Source of the DNA: Octopus sinensis
Taxonomy: Eukaryota
Direction: 5' to 3'
Assembly: GCF_006345805.1 (NCBI RefSeq)
Contig: NC_042999.1
Span: forward strand, 137,206,001-137,270,000
DNA: 64,000 bases
Below the pieces are notes generated by a model. The model was not told the DNA's origin. It saw only the letters and a list, made by a program, of their open reading frames with translations, and ran no database searches. The stretch's first letter is position 1. Every line of letters begins with the position of its first letter. Position numbers and translations under genes: made by a program. Below are positions 26,595 to 38,723 of the stretch, piece by piece.

Positions 26595-28129
26595 AACACA
26601 AACCCATATATGTATGTCTTTGTGTGTTTGTATACATACATATCTTTGGGAGTATGTATAACACAACTGAAATTGACTGAAAGATAAAATAACTGGCTTT
26701 AAATCAAATTTTGGAATAGAATAAACTTAATGGGTTTTGTGGCGTATCAAAAAAATGTCATCTGTCTGACATATTGAGCTATCTTATTTATTATGGAATT
26801 TTAATTTTTGCTGAAATAGAATGAAAAACATTCAAACTGCAAGTCATCTCATTTCCATTTGAATTATACATGAAAACTTGTTCTAATACTTATAAATATT
26901 ACATTTAGTCTAAAAAAAAATTAACCCAAATAACTATTTCCTTTTGTGCACATTTTGATGTAGATGTACATGCATAAGATTGATATTTTTTCTGTACCTC
27001 TGTTATGAGCATTTGAACCAGACCTCCATCTCCAAAGTTTTCCCTGCATTTTGTGAACAATTGTATTGTTGGTTATATGTTTCTAACATGCGTTTCACTG
27101 GTTCATTACATTTACTTTGGCAAGGGAGTCTATTCTGCTCAGGTAGAATAAAAATTACAAGGTATTTTTTATTAATTTGGTCAAAATGTCATGCAATACT
27201 GTCAGTGCCAGCATTACTGTTATAGAGGATAAGGGCAGACTAATTCAGTTTTGAGTTCATGTGTACTATAACTAGATATAAGTTTCTATTCTCTCTGTGG
27301 TTAGGCCAATGGTTAAATGGTCTCTGAAGCTACAAGAATTGCTGAGACTAGTTAAGATTTTCTTTTTCTGACCAGAGAGAAGGAAGCATGTAAGGTGACC
27401 AGTATATCTACTTTCCATGGTAAGGCTAAAAATGTGTATCTGCTATTAACCTACATATTCAAGTTTACTCCCCTCCCTCTCTCTCTTAAATGTATGTGTG
27501 TTTGTATATGTCTACTGTTTATAACTCCTTCTGTACCATGGTTTCACATTAAATATTTAGGAATTTGGACACGGTAATCTTCAGTGGACCTTTGTAGCAG
27601 TTGGAGAAGGCTGTCATATATGCCATGTTCTATAAATGCATATTAAGTATTTAATACAGAAAAATAACAGTATCTAACCATTCTGTTTACACTATATGTG
27701 ATTAATCCCTGCTTATTTCATATAAACTAACATCTGTCTGTACATACTTCCAGCATTAAAAAAAATATTCCAGTGAGCATTTTTTTTTTGTCTTTAGAAC
27801 ACAACTTAAGCACACATATATGGTGGGTTTTCATAATAGTTTCTGCCCACCAAATTTTATTCACCAAGATATTAGTCAACCTGAGACTAATGTAGAAGAC
27901 ACTTGTGTAAGGTACTACATAGAATCAAACCTGGAACTGTGTAACTGTAAAGCATACTTCTTAACCACAGTCAAATTTATACCTGAATCATTGGTTGTCT
28001 CACAGATTTTCAAATAAAATCTGTTAATGTGATTTTTGCTAATGATGTATAACTTAAGTTTTAGATGTATGATAAAAAAGCTATGATGTGTATGATAAAA
28101 AAAAAGGTATCATTTAACCTTTTTCTCAA

Positions 28130-28490
28130 GTACTCCCACTTACCCTCATATAAATGCAAAGTATATATAGCAAGACACCTCTATTATCCCTGACATAAAC
28201 TCACCTCCTTACCCTTTCTAATACTTGCCTCACTTAAGTACATCAGGACTTTTTCTTTCTCTTATTCTTGCTTGCCTTGCAAGTTACTCGGTTAACCTAC
28301 TAGTGCCAGTGACATGGAAAAAGCACACAGTACATATTGTGAAGTGATTGGTGTTTAGGAAGGGCATTCAACCATAGAGACCATGCCAAAGCTGAAATGC
28401 AGTATAATGCATCTCTGTGGCTTATTAGATTTGGTCAAACTATCCAACCCATGCTAGTATGGAAAAAAGATATTAAATGATAATAGTGAG
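28130..28490 (+). mobile_element. 3' end of a second RTE-related family (CT-rich upstream segment); relatives at 6190-6830, 58280-58500, 60500-60625, 38540-38660
   Basis: ttgcaagttac..cctactagtgccagtgacatggaaaaagcac..ggtgtttagaagggcattc..ccaacccatgctagtatggaaaa..ttaaatgat, sharing the RTE terminal motif. Confidence 0.65.
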
Positions 28491-30374
28491 TCCAGTATGC
28501 TTCATAACATCATCATTCTAACTTGAAGTAGTGAGATTAGATCTCGAGATGCTATGCCTCACAAAATGAGCTGTGATAAGCAATGATACTCTGTACCAGA
28601 TCTACTGATCTGATGTTAAAATGATAATCTACAGAAACAAAGCTCAGTATCAACATTTAAGCAACAACTGTGTTGAATTAAATTCCAAACTTTAAATTTC
28701 AAGTAGTTTTACCATCTGAAATTCAGACTGAATTTTCTAAAATTATTCCCCCTCCCCCCATTGCATATGATTTACAGCTTTCACACATATTTACTACACT
28801 GCTTTTAGATGCTTCTATGTGTGGAATGTTGCATGTATGAGTTTGATAAAATAGTTGATAAATTATTTTGTAGACAAGTAGTGACTATGCTCCTCCCCAA
28901 AATGTATGACCTTAGTGAAGTTTATGATGTGTACTTCCAAATGTTATCTTGCATTTCCATATATTTACTGATATCCCAGTACATATTTGTAAATTTGAAT
29001 GTTGATTCTTCACCTATGTGTATAATTTTACTAGAATTGTTATTTTGCCATACAAACTGATCAGTAGCATTTCATTCGTCTTTACATTCTGAGTTCAAAT
29101 TCTGCCAAGGTCAACTTTGCCTTATCCTTTCAAGGCTGATAAAATAAGTACCAGCCAAACACTGGATTTGATGTAATCGACTTCCCTCTCCCTAAAATTG
29201 TTAGCCTTGTGCTAAAATTTGAAGCCAATATTATAACTTCATTTATTATTTTCTGTTAAACTGCTAAAATTAGTCGTTCAGATTTTTGTTAATGTAATCA
29301 AAAAATAATTTTACAAACAACTGCAACAAAATACAAATATCTTGGTGAAAATATACCAGTATTATGGTTAAAGATCCAATTAAGGCCTGCAAATTGCTTT
29401 TCACCATGATTTTCAATGACAGCCTAGCAACATTGTTGTAGTAGTTATGGTGACAGTTGCCTTGTTTGAGGTTTGTAATTAATTAGTTATCACCACCACC
29501 ACCAGCATCATCGCCACCATTGCTATCATCTTCTTCCCCATCAATTTGTGTCCATTTTAGTTTGAAGCTACCTTAAGTTAAACATTGACGTTTTCAAGTG
29601 CTCTTATCATTGATTGTTTTTTTTTCTTCAATACAAATGGTTGTAGGGGGTGTACAATTGATTTGAGTCAGATCAATAACTAGAAATTAGTTTATTAACC
29701 CAGAGATATAAAAGGTAATGTTAGCTCTGGTAAGCTTTGAACTTCGCGATTACACTAAATACTGCTGAACATTTTATCTGGCACTTAACTATTTCTGCAG
29801 CTCTATCACCAATTATTGTTATCATCGTCATCATCAGTGTTATTTCTTCTGACTCTTTTCAGAGAGTAAGTTGACAGAATGCTTAGAACATCAGTCAAAA
29901 TTTCATTCAGTTGCTTTTTTAAATATATTGGCTCTTCACATTCTGAGTTCAAATCTTGCCAAAGTCAACTGCCTTTCATCTCGTTTTGGGAGTTGGCTCT
30001 GAACTTGCACAGCTTATGTTTTCTTTGTGCTTCTTCAATCCTTTTCTGTTTATAGGGCAAGGTTGTTTTGTGGAGAAGCTGCAGTTGCCCATGCATACCA
30101 GTCTCCCCTCTCCATACCTCCAATGTTGTTCAAGGGAAAGGCAAAGGCCAATATAGCTTGGCACCAGTGATTTTGTAACTCATTTCTACAGCTAAGTGAA
30201 CTGAAGCAGTGTCAGATAATCTTGCTCAAGAATACAACAGTAAGAGCCTAGATGCTGTTCTGAAAAACTGGACTGCCAACTCATTGAGATTTGATTATAT
30301 CAATGGATGGAACCCTTGGGTCCCAGTGCACATCTAAATCTGGTAGAACCCATTCTCTCCAGATCAGATTTGTT

Positions 30375-30376
<2 letters not shown>

Positions 30377-30412
<36 letters not shown>
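30377..30412. repeat. (GA)n microsatellite followed by (TA)n at about 30525-30562
   Basis: Direct reading. Confidence 0.95.
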
Positions 30413-30416
<4 letters not shown>

Positions 30417-30521
30417 AAGTATCAACTGTTACTTCATTGATTCTGAAGAGATGAATGGCATAGTTGGTGAGATTTGAACTCAGTGCAAGTTGCAGGTGCA
30501 CCACCAATTCATATGTGTGTG

Positions 30522-30564
<43 letters not shown>

Positions 30565-30751
30565 CATGCATGCATACATACAAAGAACGAGAAATAGCAT
30601 GTGGTAACAGAGATCAATAAAATCAATTGTTTAGTTTCAGCAGAGTGGATGTCCATGTGTGTGTGTGTCAGACTATCAGAGCCAGTATCTGTTATTATTA
30701 ATATTGTTATTTAAAATTTTTTTCAATATTGTTATTTTTAATTTTTTTCAG

Positions 30752-30832
30752 TATTCAATATGGAGTTTGCTATGGATAGGTTGGAATATTTTTGTCATTT
30801 GTCTCTACTTAGAAATTGGTATATTAAGCAGG
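30752..30832 (+). CDS. NKAIN: NKAIN internal coding exon (equivalent to vertebrate exon 3; third TM helix), YSIWSLLWIGWNIFVICLYLEIGILSR
   Basis: Acceptor tttaatttttttcag| and donor AGG|gtaagt; 81 nt, phase 0-0. Translation matches the NKAIN motif YAVWLVLWVxWNxFxICFYLExGxLS (family sequence recalled). Confidence 0.92.
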
Positions 30833-33381
30833 GTAAGTAAACATTCACTTTATTCTGATTGTATCTGTGTGTCTTATCTGTATAGCCAAGAGAGTTTGTA
30901 TGGTTAAAAGAATGGGTTATGTCTTAGAGGATTATCTTATGGATCCAAAAAACCTATTTGAAATGGGTGGCAATACCAGCAACAGCCTATCTCCCACCAG
31001 AAGTTTTATATAAAATATGTCGGGTGCAGGCATAGCTGTGTCATTATGAGGTTTGCTTCTCAAGTACCTTGGGCAAGTGTCCTCTACAATTGCCCCAAGC
31101 CAACCAAATCCTTGTGGTGGTGGTGATATGTTTGTGTATACCCTTGTCTTGATATATGATTGCTGTAAATGACTCATGCAAGTGAACTTGTTTGCTTTCA
31201 GTTTTCCATGAAAGGCATGTCTTATCTACAAGAAAATATTTTACATTGGAAAGGTGCAGGTTGGTGGCAGGATGGGTTTCTGGTCATAGAAAATCTGCCT
31301 TGACAAATTCTGTCTGACCCTGCAAGCATGAGAAAGTGAACATTAAATGGCGTGTTATTTTTATTATAATGGTTGCTATCAATAAGGCAGTAGAGTGCTG
31401 GACAAAATAACATCCTAGGAGTTTTGTTGATACTGCCTACATTCAAGTCCTACTGACATCAACTTTAACCTCTCCTTGGCTGATTAAATAAATAATCTGG
31501 TATTGGTTCTACCAATTAGAGTCCCTCAAATACAAATTTATGGCTTAGTCCTAATATGAGGAACCAGTATTGATGGTGTCATTGTTTCTTTAAGCTCTCT
31601 CTTGCTGGTGTTGACTTTACAGAGGCTCCTATTAAGACCAATTAAACAAAAATACCATTAAAAGTACTGAAATTGATTAATTGATTAATTTAAATACCTT
31701 TTTAGTCCACAATGCATGATCTTTACCAAAGTTAGAAATTATGTTATTCAAACTCATTGAAAAAAACAGAATCTTTATTCTGACTTTCTTACTTCAATTT
31801 TAAAGTGAATTCTTTTTTGCCCTAACTAATGTTATTTCAACTGAGCAATTTGATAAGGGATTAACTTACTTCCCAAAAGATTGGTTGATTATATCTTGTC
31901 ATATGTTCTCTGTTGTGCCTATGAGAAAAACTGGAGGATCGTCTATGTGGCTGAATCTCAAATTGTATCTATCATTTTAAAAATAAGATACACTGGATAA
32001 TGTAGTCCATAGTAATCTATTCCTGACCCCACTCCAACCAAATATCTGTGGATTGAATGCTTTAATCGTAGGCCTTAAGAGGGGCTGACTTGGGGCTAAA
32101 TAGCACAACTTACAGTACTTCATTCTGCAAGCTGCTGTTCTATGCAACAGTCTCTCTCTCTCTCTCTCTCAAACTCCAGTTTTCTCAACTTCATTTTCAC
32201 ATGCTCTCTCTTTATTTGTCTAATTCTAGAAATTCATGAAAGACTAAACTTGAGTCTCCATAAAAAAGATAAAATATGAGAAACAAATTATGGTTGTAGC
32301 ATCCTTTGAATTCCTTGCAGTATGTTTAGTTATTGGCTAGTCCCTGGTTAGCCTTGAATTAACAGATCTTTATGATCAAAGACATTCCAACCAAGATCAT
32401 CCTGTTTCATTAAGCATACCTTAAACATTATTATCCAGTGTATTTTTCCTTTTGTGATAATGGTATGACTTGAGGGAAATTTTGGCTGCTATTTCTAGCA
32501 GGTTGATTCATCACATTAGAGGCTTCTCTGCTGACTTGAATACTTTAAGCAGTTTATTTTAATTTCAGGGATTTTTCAAAATAATTAAAAATGTTTTTTT
32601 GTAAAAAAAAAAAAATTATGTAAATAAATTGAAAGTGTCTCAGAAATATTCAACATTATAACAAGCTTGAGTCAAATTAATATTTAATACCATTTTTTTG
32701 TCATCTTAATCAATATTTATGTTTTGATATTATTAATTTTTGTTTTTAAATGAAGTTTCACTAATCTTATTTTATTGGGAAAAGTTAAGCTGTATTCACT
32801 ATCTGAACACTTTTTAATTGGATAAAACAAGATGGATGAAAGTCAGCTGTATTTCTTAAAAGACTGTGGGTTTTTTTCTTTTCTTGTAATATCATTAGTA
32901 TAACTTGGTTAAATAAGTAGACAAGCTTAAGTGAAACTTACATCGCATTCTTGTGCACTCTTGAGACAGTGGTAGTGCTACACACACACACACACACACT
33001 TGTGCATGCACACACCCACACTGATACATACACATGTATAAATGCACCTGTGTGTACACATGCTCACACAAACACATACTCTTGAACCACTTGCTCACAG
33101 ACACTACTTCTTGCTTCTTCTGTTGCTATTGAGATATTTCTTTTGAAATAGACTTTCCAATTAGGCCCACATGATGCATCTATTTCTATATCTCCATCAA
33201 TCCTACAATAACTTATCTCTCAGATTCCATTTTACTGAGTCCTTACCCTCTGCAATCCTATCCTAATTTACATTTTCCAAGCAGACATCTATTTACAGGT
33301 GTTTAAAGTGAACTCATGTCCTTCAGTTACACTGGTTTAGGAGGGCAGGCAAAAGTCAAGGCTACTGCTGCTTTTCTTGCT

Positions 33382-33808
33382 CAGGGCTGGATTAAGACCC
33401 ATTGAGGCCTTAAGCACTTAAAAGATTTTGGTGCCACTATATATATGTGATTCAAAATTTAAACAAGCCAGCCATAAAATGATTTTTTTTTTTTTTTTGT
33501 TTTTCAAAATGGAACAAAACGAAGAGCAAGATGGGAGAAAATGTTTATTTTATCTTTTTATGCTTCCATTTTATATTTCAAAAGTTTTCTCTTACTCTTT
33601 TTCTAATTGTAAAGTCTTTGCTCACTATGACACCACGAACACTTTGAAATTATATTTCTGATCATATACACTACCTCGAATATTATTTTAGCAAGTTTGA
33701 ACTGATTTCTTTTGTGCCGTAAACAATTTACATTTTTGTGGTGGTGCCCCCCCTTCTTTTGATGCCCTAAGCATGTGCTTACTTTCTTTAATGGTTAATC
33801 AAGCACTG
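33382..33808. mobile_element. MITE with CAGGGCTGGATTAA-type terminal inverted repeats
   Basis: cagggctggattaagacc at left, tggttaatcaagcactg at right; no clear TSD. A similar end occurs at about 54415-54558. Confidence 0.45.
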
Positions 33809-33829
33809 GCGATTATTAATAATAATAAT

Positions 33830-34050
33830 AGCCCTTTCTAAATGAGGTGCAAGGCCTGAAATCTCTTGGGAGGAGCTTGTTGATTTCATTGATCCCAGTG
33901 CTCAACTGGTACTTATTTCATTGACTCCCCTGAAAGAATGAAAGGCACAGTTGACTTCATAGAAATTTGAACTTAGAGCATAAAGATGGAAGAAATGCTG
34001 CTTAGCATTTTGTCCAACATGCTAACATTTCTGCAAGCTCACCACCTAAC
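33830..34050 (-). mobile_element. SINE family A copy
   Basis: Reverse-complement core gaatgaaaggcacagttgac, B box atttgaacttag, (TAA)n tail. Confidence 0.75.
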
Positions 34051-35728
34051 CAAGATGTCCTTTACAGACAGGTGTTCTGTACCTTTTTTGCTGGTGATAC
34101 ATCATAGAACAAGGTGCCTAATCTAACAGCACCAGCTCCTCTTTAGATACCTTCATCTGATTTAACTCTGTTGCAATGTTGCAAGCATTCAAACCAGTTG
34201 CTTCTGTACATTTTGTTTTCTTTTTTCAATTTTACATGTTTGAGAATGGACCTGTAAGGTTTAGGGACACTTTCTCAACTCTTCTGACTAAATTATAAAA
34301 GAAAAAAGGTACTGGCTCATTAAGTTGACTATCTAATTCCTAGTGACCTAAACCAACTGTATTTCTTTAAATAACCAAGATATTTTGAAACCAGTTAGTA
34401 GCCATACATAACATATTGAACAAAACACCTTAATAGTCCAATATCATTCTGATAATCAAGAAAACATCTACCGTTATTCACTCCATAGCAGCCAGATCTC
34501 CCTCAAATCACACTCTCCCAACTTAAAAATATAGTTTGGAACATATAAAAGGATCAATAAGAATATATAACAACTATTGAAGTTTTTGTTGGTCACTTTA
34601 AAAAAAATTTACATTGAGTTACATTTTTCATCTTCGCCCTCAACACAAATACTACTGAATTAAAAATGGATACATAGAATTTCAATAGTTGTTCAGGTGG
34701 GCTCAGGGAGTATATCATAGAAATTAGTGTCTGTATCATTTCACAAAATGTTTAATTTTTACTTTTCTCTTCACCTTACTTTTTCTTTACAACCTCCTTT
34801 TTCCTACTCCATTTCAGCCACTGCCTCTCTTCCACCATTCATTTGGTTTCTGCTGTCTCTTCTCTCCCTACCTCCCATTTTCATTTTATACCTATTTCTT
34901 CATTTGCCTTACACACATTCCTCTTTAAAAATTCTGCTTAGTTGGATATTTCATTATTTCACTTGATCAGTCTCCTCAAAATCAATGTTCCAGGATATCA
35001 AATATTTCTCATTCCTTCTGTGAATCTCATGACTCATTGATTATAGTAGTAGCTCTTGAAGACCTTCACATTATACAAGTATGTGTGTATGTGTGTATAT
35101 ATATATATAAATAAAGCACAGGTGTGGTAAGACGTGTGCTTCCCCACCATGTGGTTCTGGGCTCAGTCCCACAGCAAGGCACCTTGAACAAGTGTCTTCT
35201 GCTATAGCCCTAGCTAATCAAAAACTTGTGGCTAGATTTGGTAGAAGGAAACTGAAAGATGCTAATTGTGTGTGTGTGTATACATACCCACACACATGTG
35301 TGTGCTTTCATATATATATATATATATATATACTTTGGGTATGGTAGATGAGTTCAGCAAAAATTTAGATTCAGATGAATATTGTACGTAAGTTGAGGCA
35401 CCAGAATTTAGTACAGTATTATCCATACAATTTCAAAGTAAGGTGATTAAAATCAAAATAAGCAACAAGGATATCCAGGGGTAATGGAGTATGATCGCTT
35501 CATGCAACTCCATTTAATTGAACAATGCAATCATTACATCAATTTAAAATGCAGAGCAATCCTCAGCTGTACAAAGTCATAGAATTTAATTAAATTAGAA
35601 CAGACAGACACATTAGTATGATTTAACCTAAAATCTCCAAGAAGTTAAGGAGATAGACAAAGAACATGCTGCATTCACTCCAGCATAAAACCTTCTATGG
35701 TCATATATATATATATATATATATATAT

Positions 35729-36085
35729 ACTAGCTGAAGGACCTGGTGTTGCCTGGGTTAATGCAGTTCTTATTCAGATTTGTAAGCAATTACTATAAGG
35801 ATATATTTTAATGATTGAACTTAGGCTATAAATACTAGCATGTATTTGTTGAGTTTAAAAACCCTTTGCATAGAAAAAGTTGAAAGCTACCCATAGGACA
35901 TGAGTCCACATCTTTTGTAGGTATGACAGACATTCTAGCATTGGACGAAAGTAACCCTTTGAAATCTTCTATCCACTTTAGAAACTTTATTCGGATTGGT
36001 GAAGGGAAAATAATATATGGCAACTGTATATTTTAAATCCAGTACACTATAAAAACATGCACTCTCATCAGTTTTATAGTGTGTC
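35729..36085 (+). mobile_element. Non-autonomous Helitron/Helentron-like element in a (TA)n run
   Basis: Starts actagctgaaggacctggtgttgcctggg, a CpG-decayed form of the ACTAG...CCCGGCGTTGCCCGGG terminus. Small inverted repeat acactataaaa...ttttatagtgt near the putative 3' end. Confidence 0.4.
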
Positions 36086-36112
36086 TACTGCAAATTTGTA
36101 CAACTTTGCAGC

Positions 36113-36195
36113 AAGCATAGGATGCAAGCCCAGGTAAAATCAACCACTGATGCAGATCTTGGTGGTAGTAACAAATAAATGAACACCTTGGAGAC
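36113..36195 (+). pseudogene. Decayed fragment of 28S (LSU) rRNA
   Basis: tgcagatcttggtggtagta-acaaata (36151-36177) matches the conserved eukaryotic LSU segment GTGCAGATCTTGGTGGTAGTAGCAAATA. Upstream aagcataggatgcaagcccaggt aligns to AAGCCTAGGGCGCGAGCCCGGGT with CpG-type changes. Confidence 0.7.
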
Positions 36196-38687
36196 TTTAC
36201 TTACTGCTTAGTGAAATGAATAATTTAGGAGTAGCATGTTTTGAGAGATGTTTCAGCTTATCTATAACCTATAGGTATACTGAAGTATCCTTCAAGACAC
36301 CGTAGATTAGACCATTACATTTAGAAACTAAAAGCTATGATTTTCAACCATTTTATCATGCTAAGTTTTTACTGTTTCAATTATTCATTTATTTACAAAG
36401 TACATGGCCTTCCCCAGCATATTCTTCATATTAAATATTTTATCACTCTTTTGCCCCAGAATGTTACGTGAAATCGACTCTGTTAGGATTTAAATTCTGA
36501 ATATTGTGAGATAAACTATATTATCAAAGGCATTTAATCCACTGCTCCATCAATTTTTAAAATTTTTTGACAATTTTCCCAACCTTTTCCAACCATTCTA
36601 ATAAAAGTTCTAAGGTCACGCAAGGCACACATCGATTTTAAATAATTGTATTTGATGATGAGTTGTTTATTTTTGTTCTTGTTTCTTTCTTTGTTTTTCT
36701 GTTTTAATTTTGTTACTGTTTATTTTTCACCTTTTTTAATTCGGTTTCTTTTGCTTTTGTTTTTCAAAATCCTTTTGATTTCTCAGAGCCTTTTAAAAAT
36801 TTTATTTCATTTTACATATTTGTTTTTTATTTTCAACCCTGGAGTTCATTCTTATGGGTTCCTTTGAATTGATAAGAAAATAATAAAAACAACTACCACT
36901 CTAATCCACCCACCTTCAATAGTTAAGCTTTATAGTTTGTAATGAGGTTTCAGCCTCACTCTCAGACCCTTAAATTGGCTATTAACTGTCAGATTGTGTA
37001 ATAATAATAATGATACAATATCATTAATTGATCCATTTCAGCTTGCCATTCCAAAAAAGATGACTCATTTTATACCTTATTTTTGTATGGGGATGGTGGT
37101 GGTGGTAGTAGAGAGTATTATTAGTGGTGCTGTTTCTCTCCCTTCTACCACCACCACCACCTCTGTAAATCACTTCACTATTGAGCCACTGATTGAGCCT
37201 TTACATGGTTTCATGACCCGCTATTTATTAATAGCAGCCAAATTTCTTCTAATCACACTCTACTGCCTTGGGATAAGATTGTTATAGCTGAAATGCCTTT
37301 GATCATAAGTCTGGTCCCAGGTTGGTCCTAACTGTGCAAACCACTTCACAACTTTTTATCTCAGTTTGTAACACTTTTATGAAGACTAAATTATTTTTGT
37401 TCATTATTCAATTTATTTAACTAAATTTAAATTTTTCTCTCTTTACTTCTTTCTCTCTATTTAACCTGTTTTTTTTTCTTGTCCTTACCTACTCTCTGTC
37501 TGTCTGTCTCTGTCTCTTTCTCTCTCTCCCTCCCTCTCTCTCTTTTTCTCTCTCTTCATCAATATTTCCTGATATTTTTTACATTTCACTCTCATTTTAT
37601 TTTCTTAAATAGTCATCTCACTTACCAGGTTTCACTTTGTGTACTCTTAGCTCTCTATTAAGTTTTGTCCATCTCTGTCTGTCTGTGTGTGTGTCTCTCT
37701 CTCTCTCTCTCAAAGCTATTAATGTTTTCATCAACATTACACAAGTCCTGGTTCTTCTCACTCTGTAGGGCAGTTTATAAGTTTATTCTCTTATGAATAA
37801 CAGGCATTCATAAATTAACCCATAAAAGACTTTTGAAAAGAAAGGACAGGATTTAAAAAAAAATATTTATAATTACTGCTTGAAATAACTTCATTAAACT
37901 TTTGATATAAGAATATCAGTTTACATTAGTTCCTCAAAGCATCTACTAAGTCAGTAACAATTCTACCAGGCTATCACAGGTACTTTTCTCCAGAATAATT
38001 TCATAACAAATTGTAACAACTAAAAATAAGTCAGATAAGGAATGGCAATACCAATGACTTTTGTAGGCCATCTCAAACTGGTGGGATTGTTGTCATTAGT
38101 AACTAGCCTGAAAGTTTGCAGGAAAACCATGAGTGAGTATGGAACTAGTTAGTGGTGGAGACTGATGCGAACCAAGGACCAGGTGATGGTAGGTTTCCCC
38201 ACCACACACACCCTGATATTTCACCTTGAATCAGCCTTAATCAAGTAGACTTATAATCAAAAGTACTTGAACCATTTTTCCACTTCCCGTTTTTTTCTGG
38301 ATGTGGTGTATATTCTACTCTTATTTTTTTATTTGTTTCAGTCATTTGACTGTGGCCTTGTTGGAGCACTGCCTTGAAGGGTTTTAGTCAAATTAAGACC
38401 AGGAATTTTTTTTTTAAGTCTAGTACTTATTCTATTGGTTTCGTTTGTCAAACAACTAAATTATGGGGACGTAAACACTAACACTAGTTGTCAAGCGGTG
38501 ATGGAGGACAAACACAGATACACATAGACACATACATACATATCATCATCATTTAACATCCATCTTCCATGCATGCATGAGTAGGATGTTTGACAGGAAC
38601 TAGCCAGGTAGAAAATTTACCCAAGACTACTGTGTCTGTTTTGGCAGGGATTCCTAACACCAGCCACTCTACAGATATATATACACG

Positions 38688-38723
<36 letters not shown>

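Larger units (their letters stand above)
1..30751 (+). other. NKAIN: 3' part of the preceding NKAIN intron (at least 30.7 kb)
   Basis: No sequence encoding the upstream NKAIN exon (ERQxFDFLGYxWAPI) was found in the window, so it presumably lies to the left. Confidence 0.65.

Noticed and set aside
27143-27161. 19 nt plus-strand microexon-like element
   Set aside because: Weak pyrimidine tract and donor; no supporting conservation cue.
30813-30832. Apparent 20 nt microexon (cttag|aaattgg...agg|gtaagt)
   Set aside because: It is the 3' end of the 81 nt NKAIN exon; the apparent pyrimidine tract is coding sequence.
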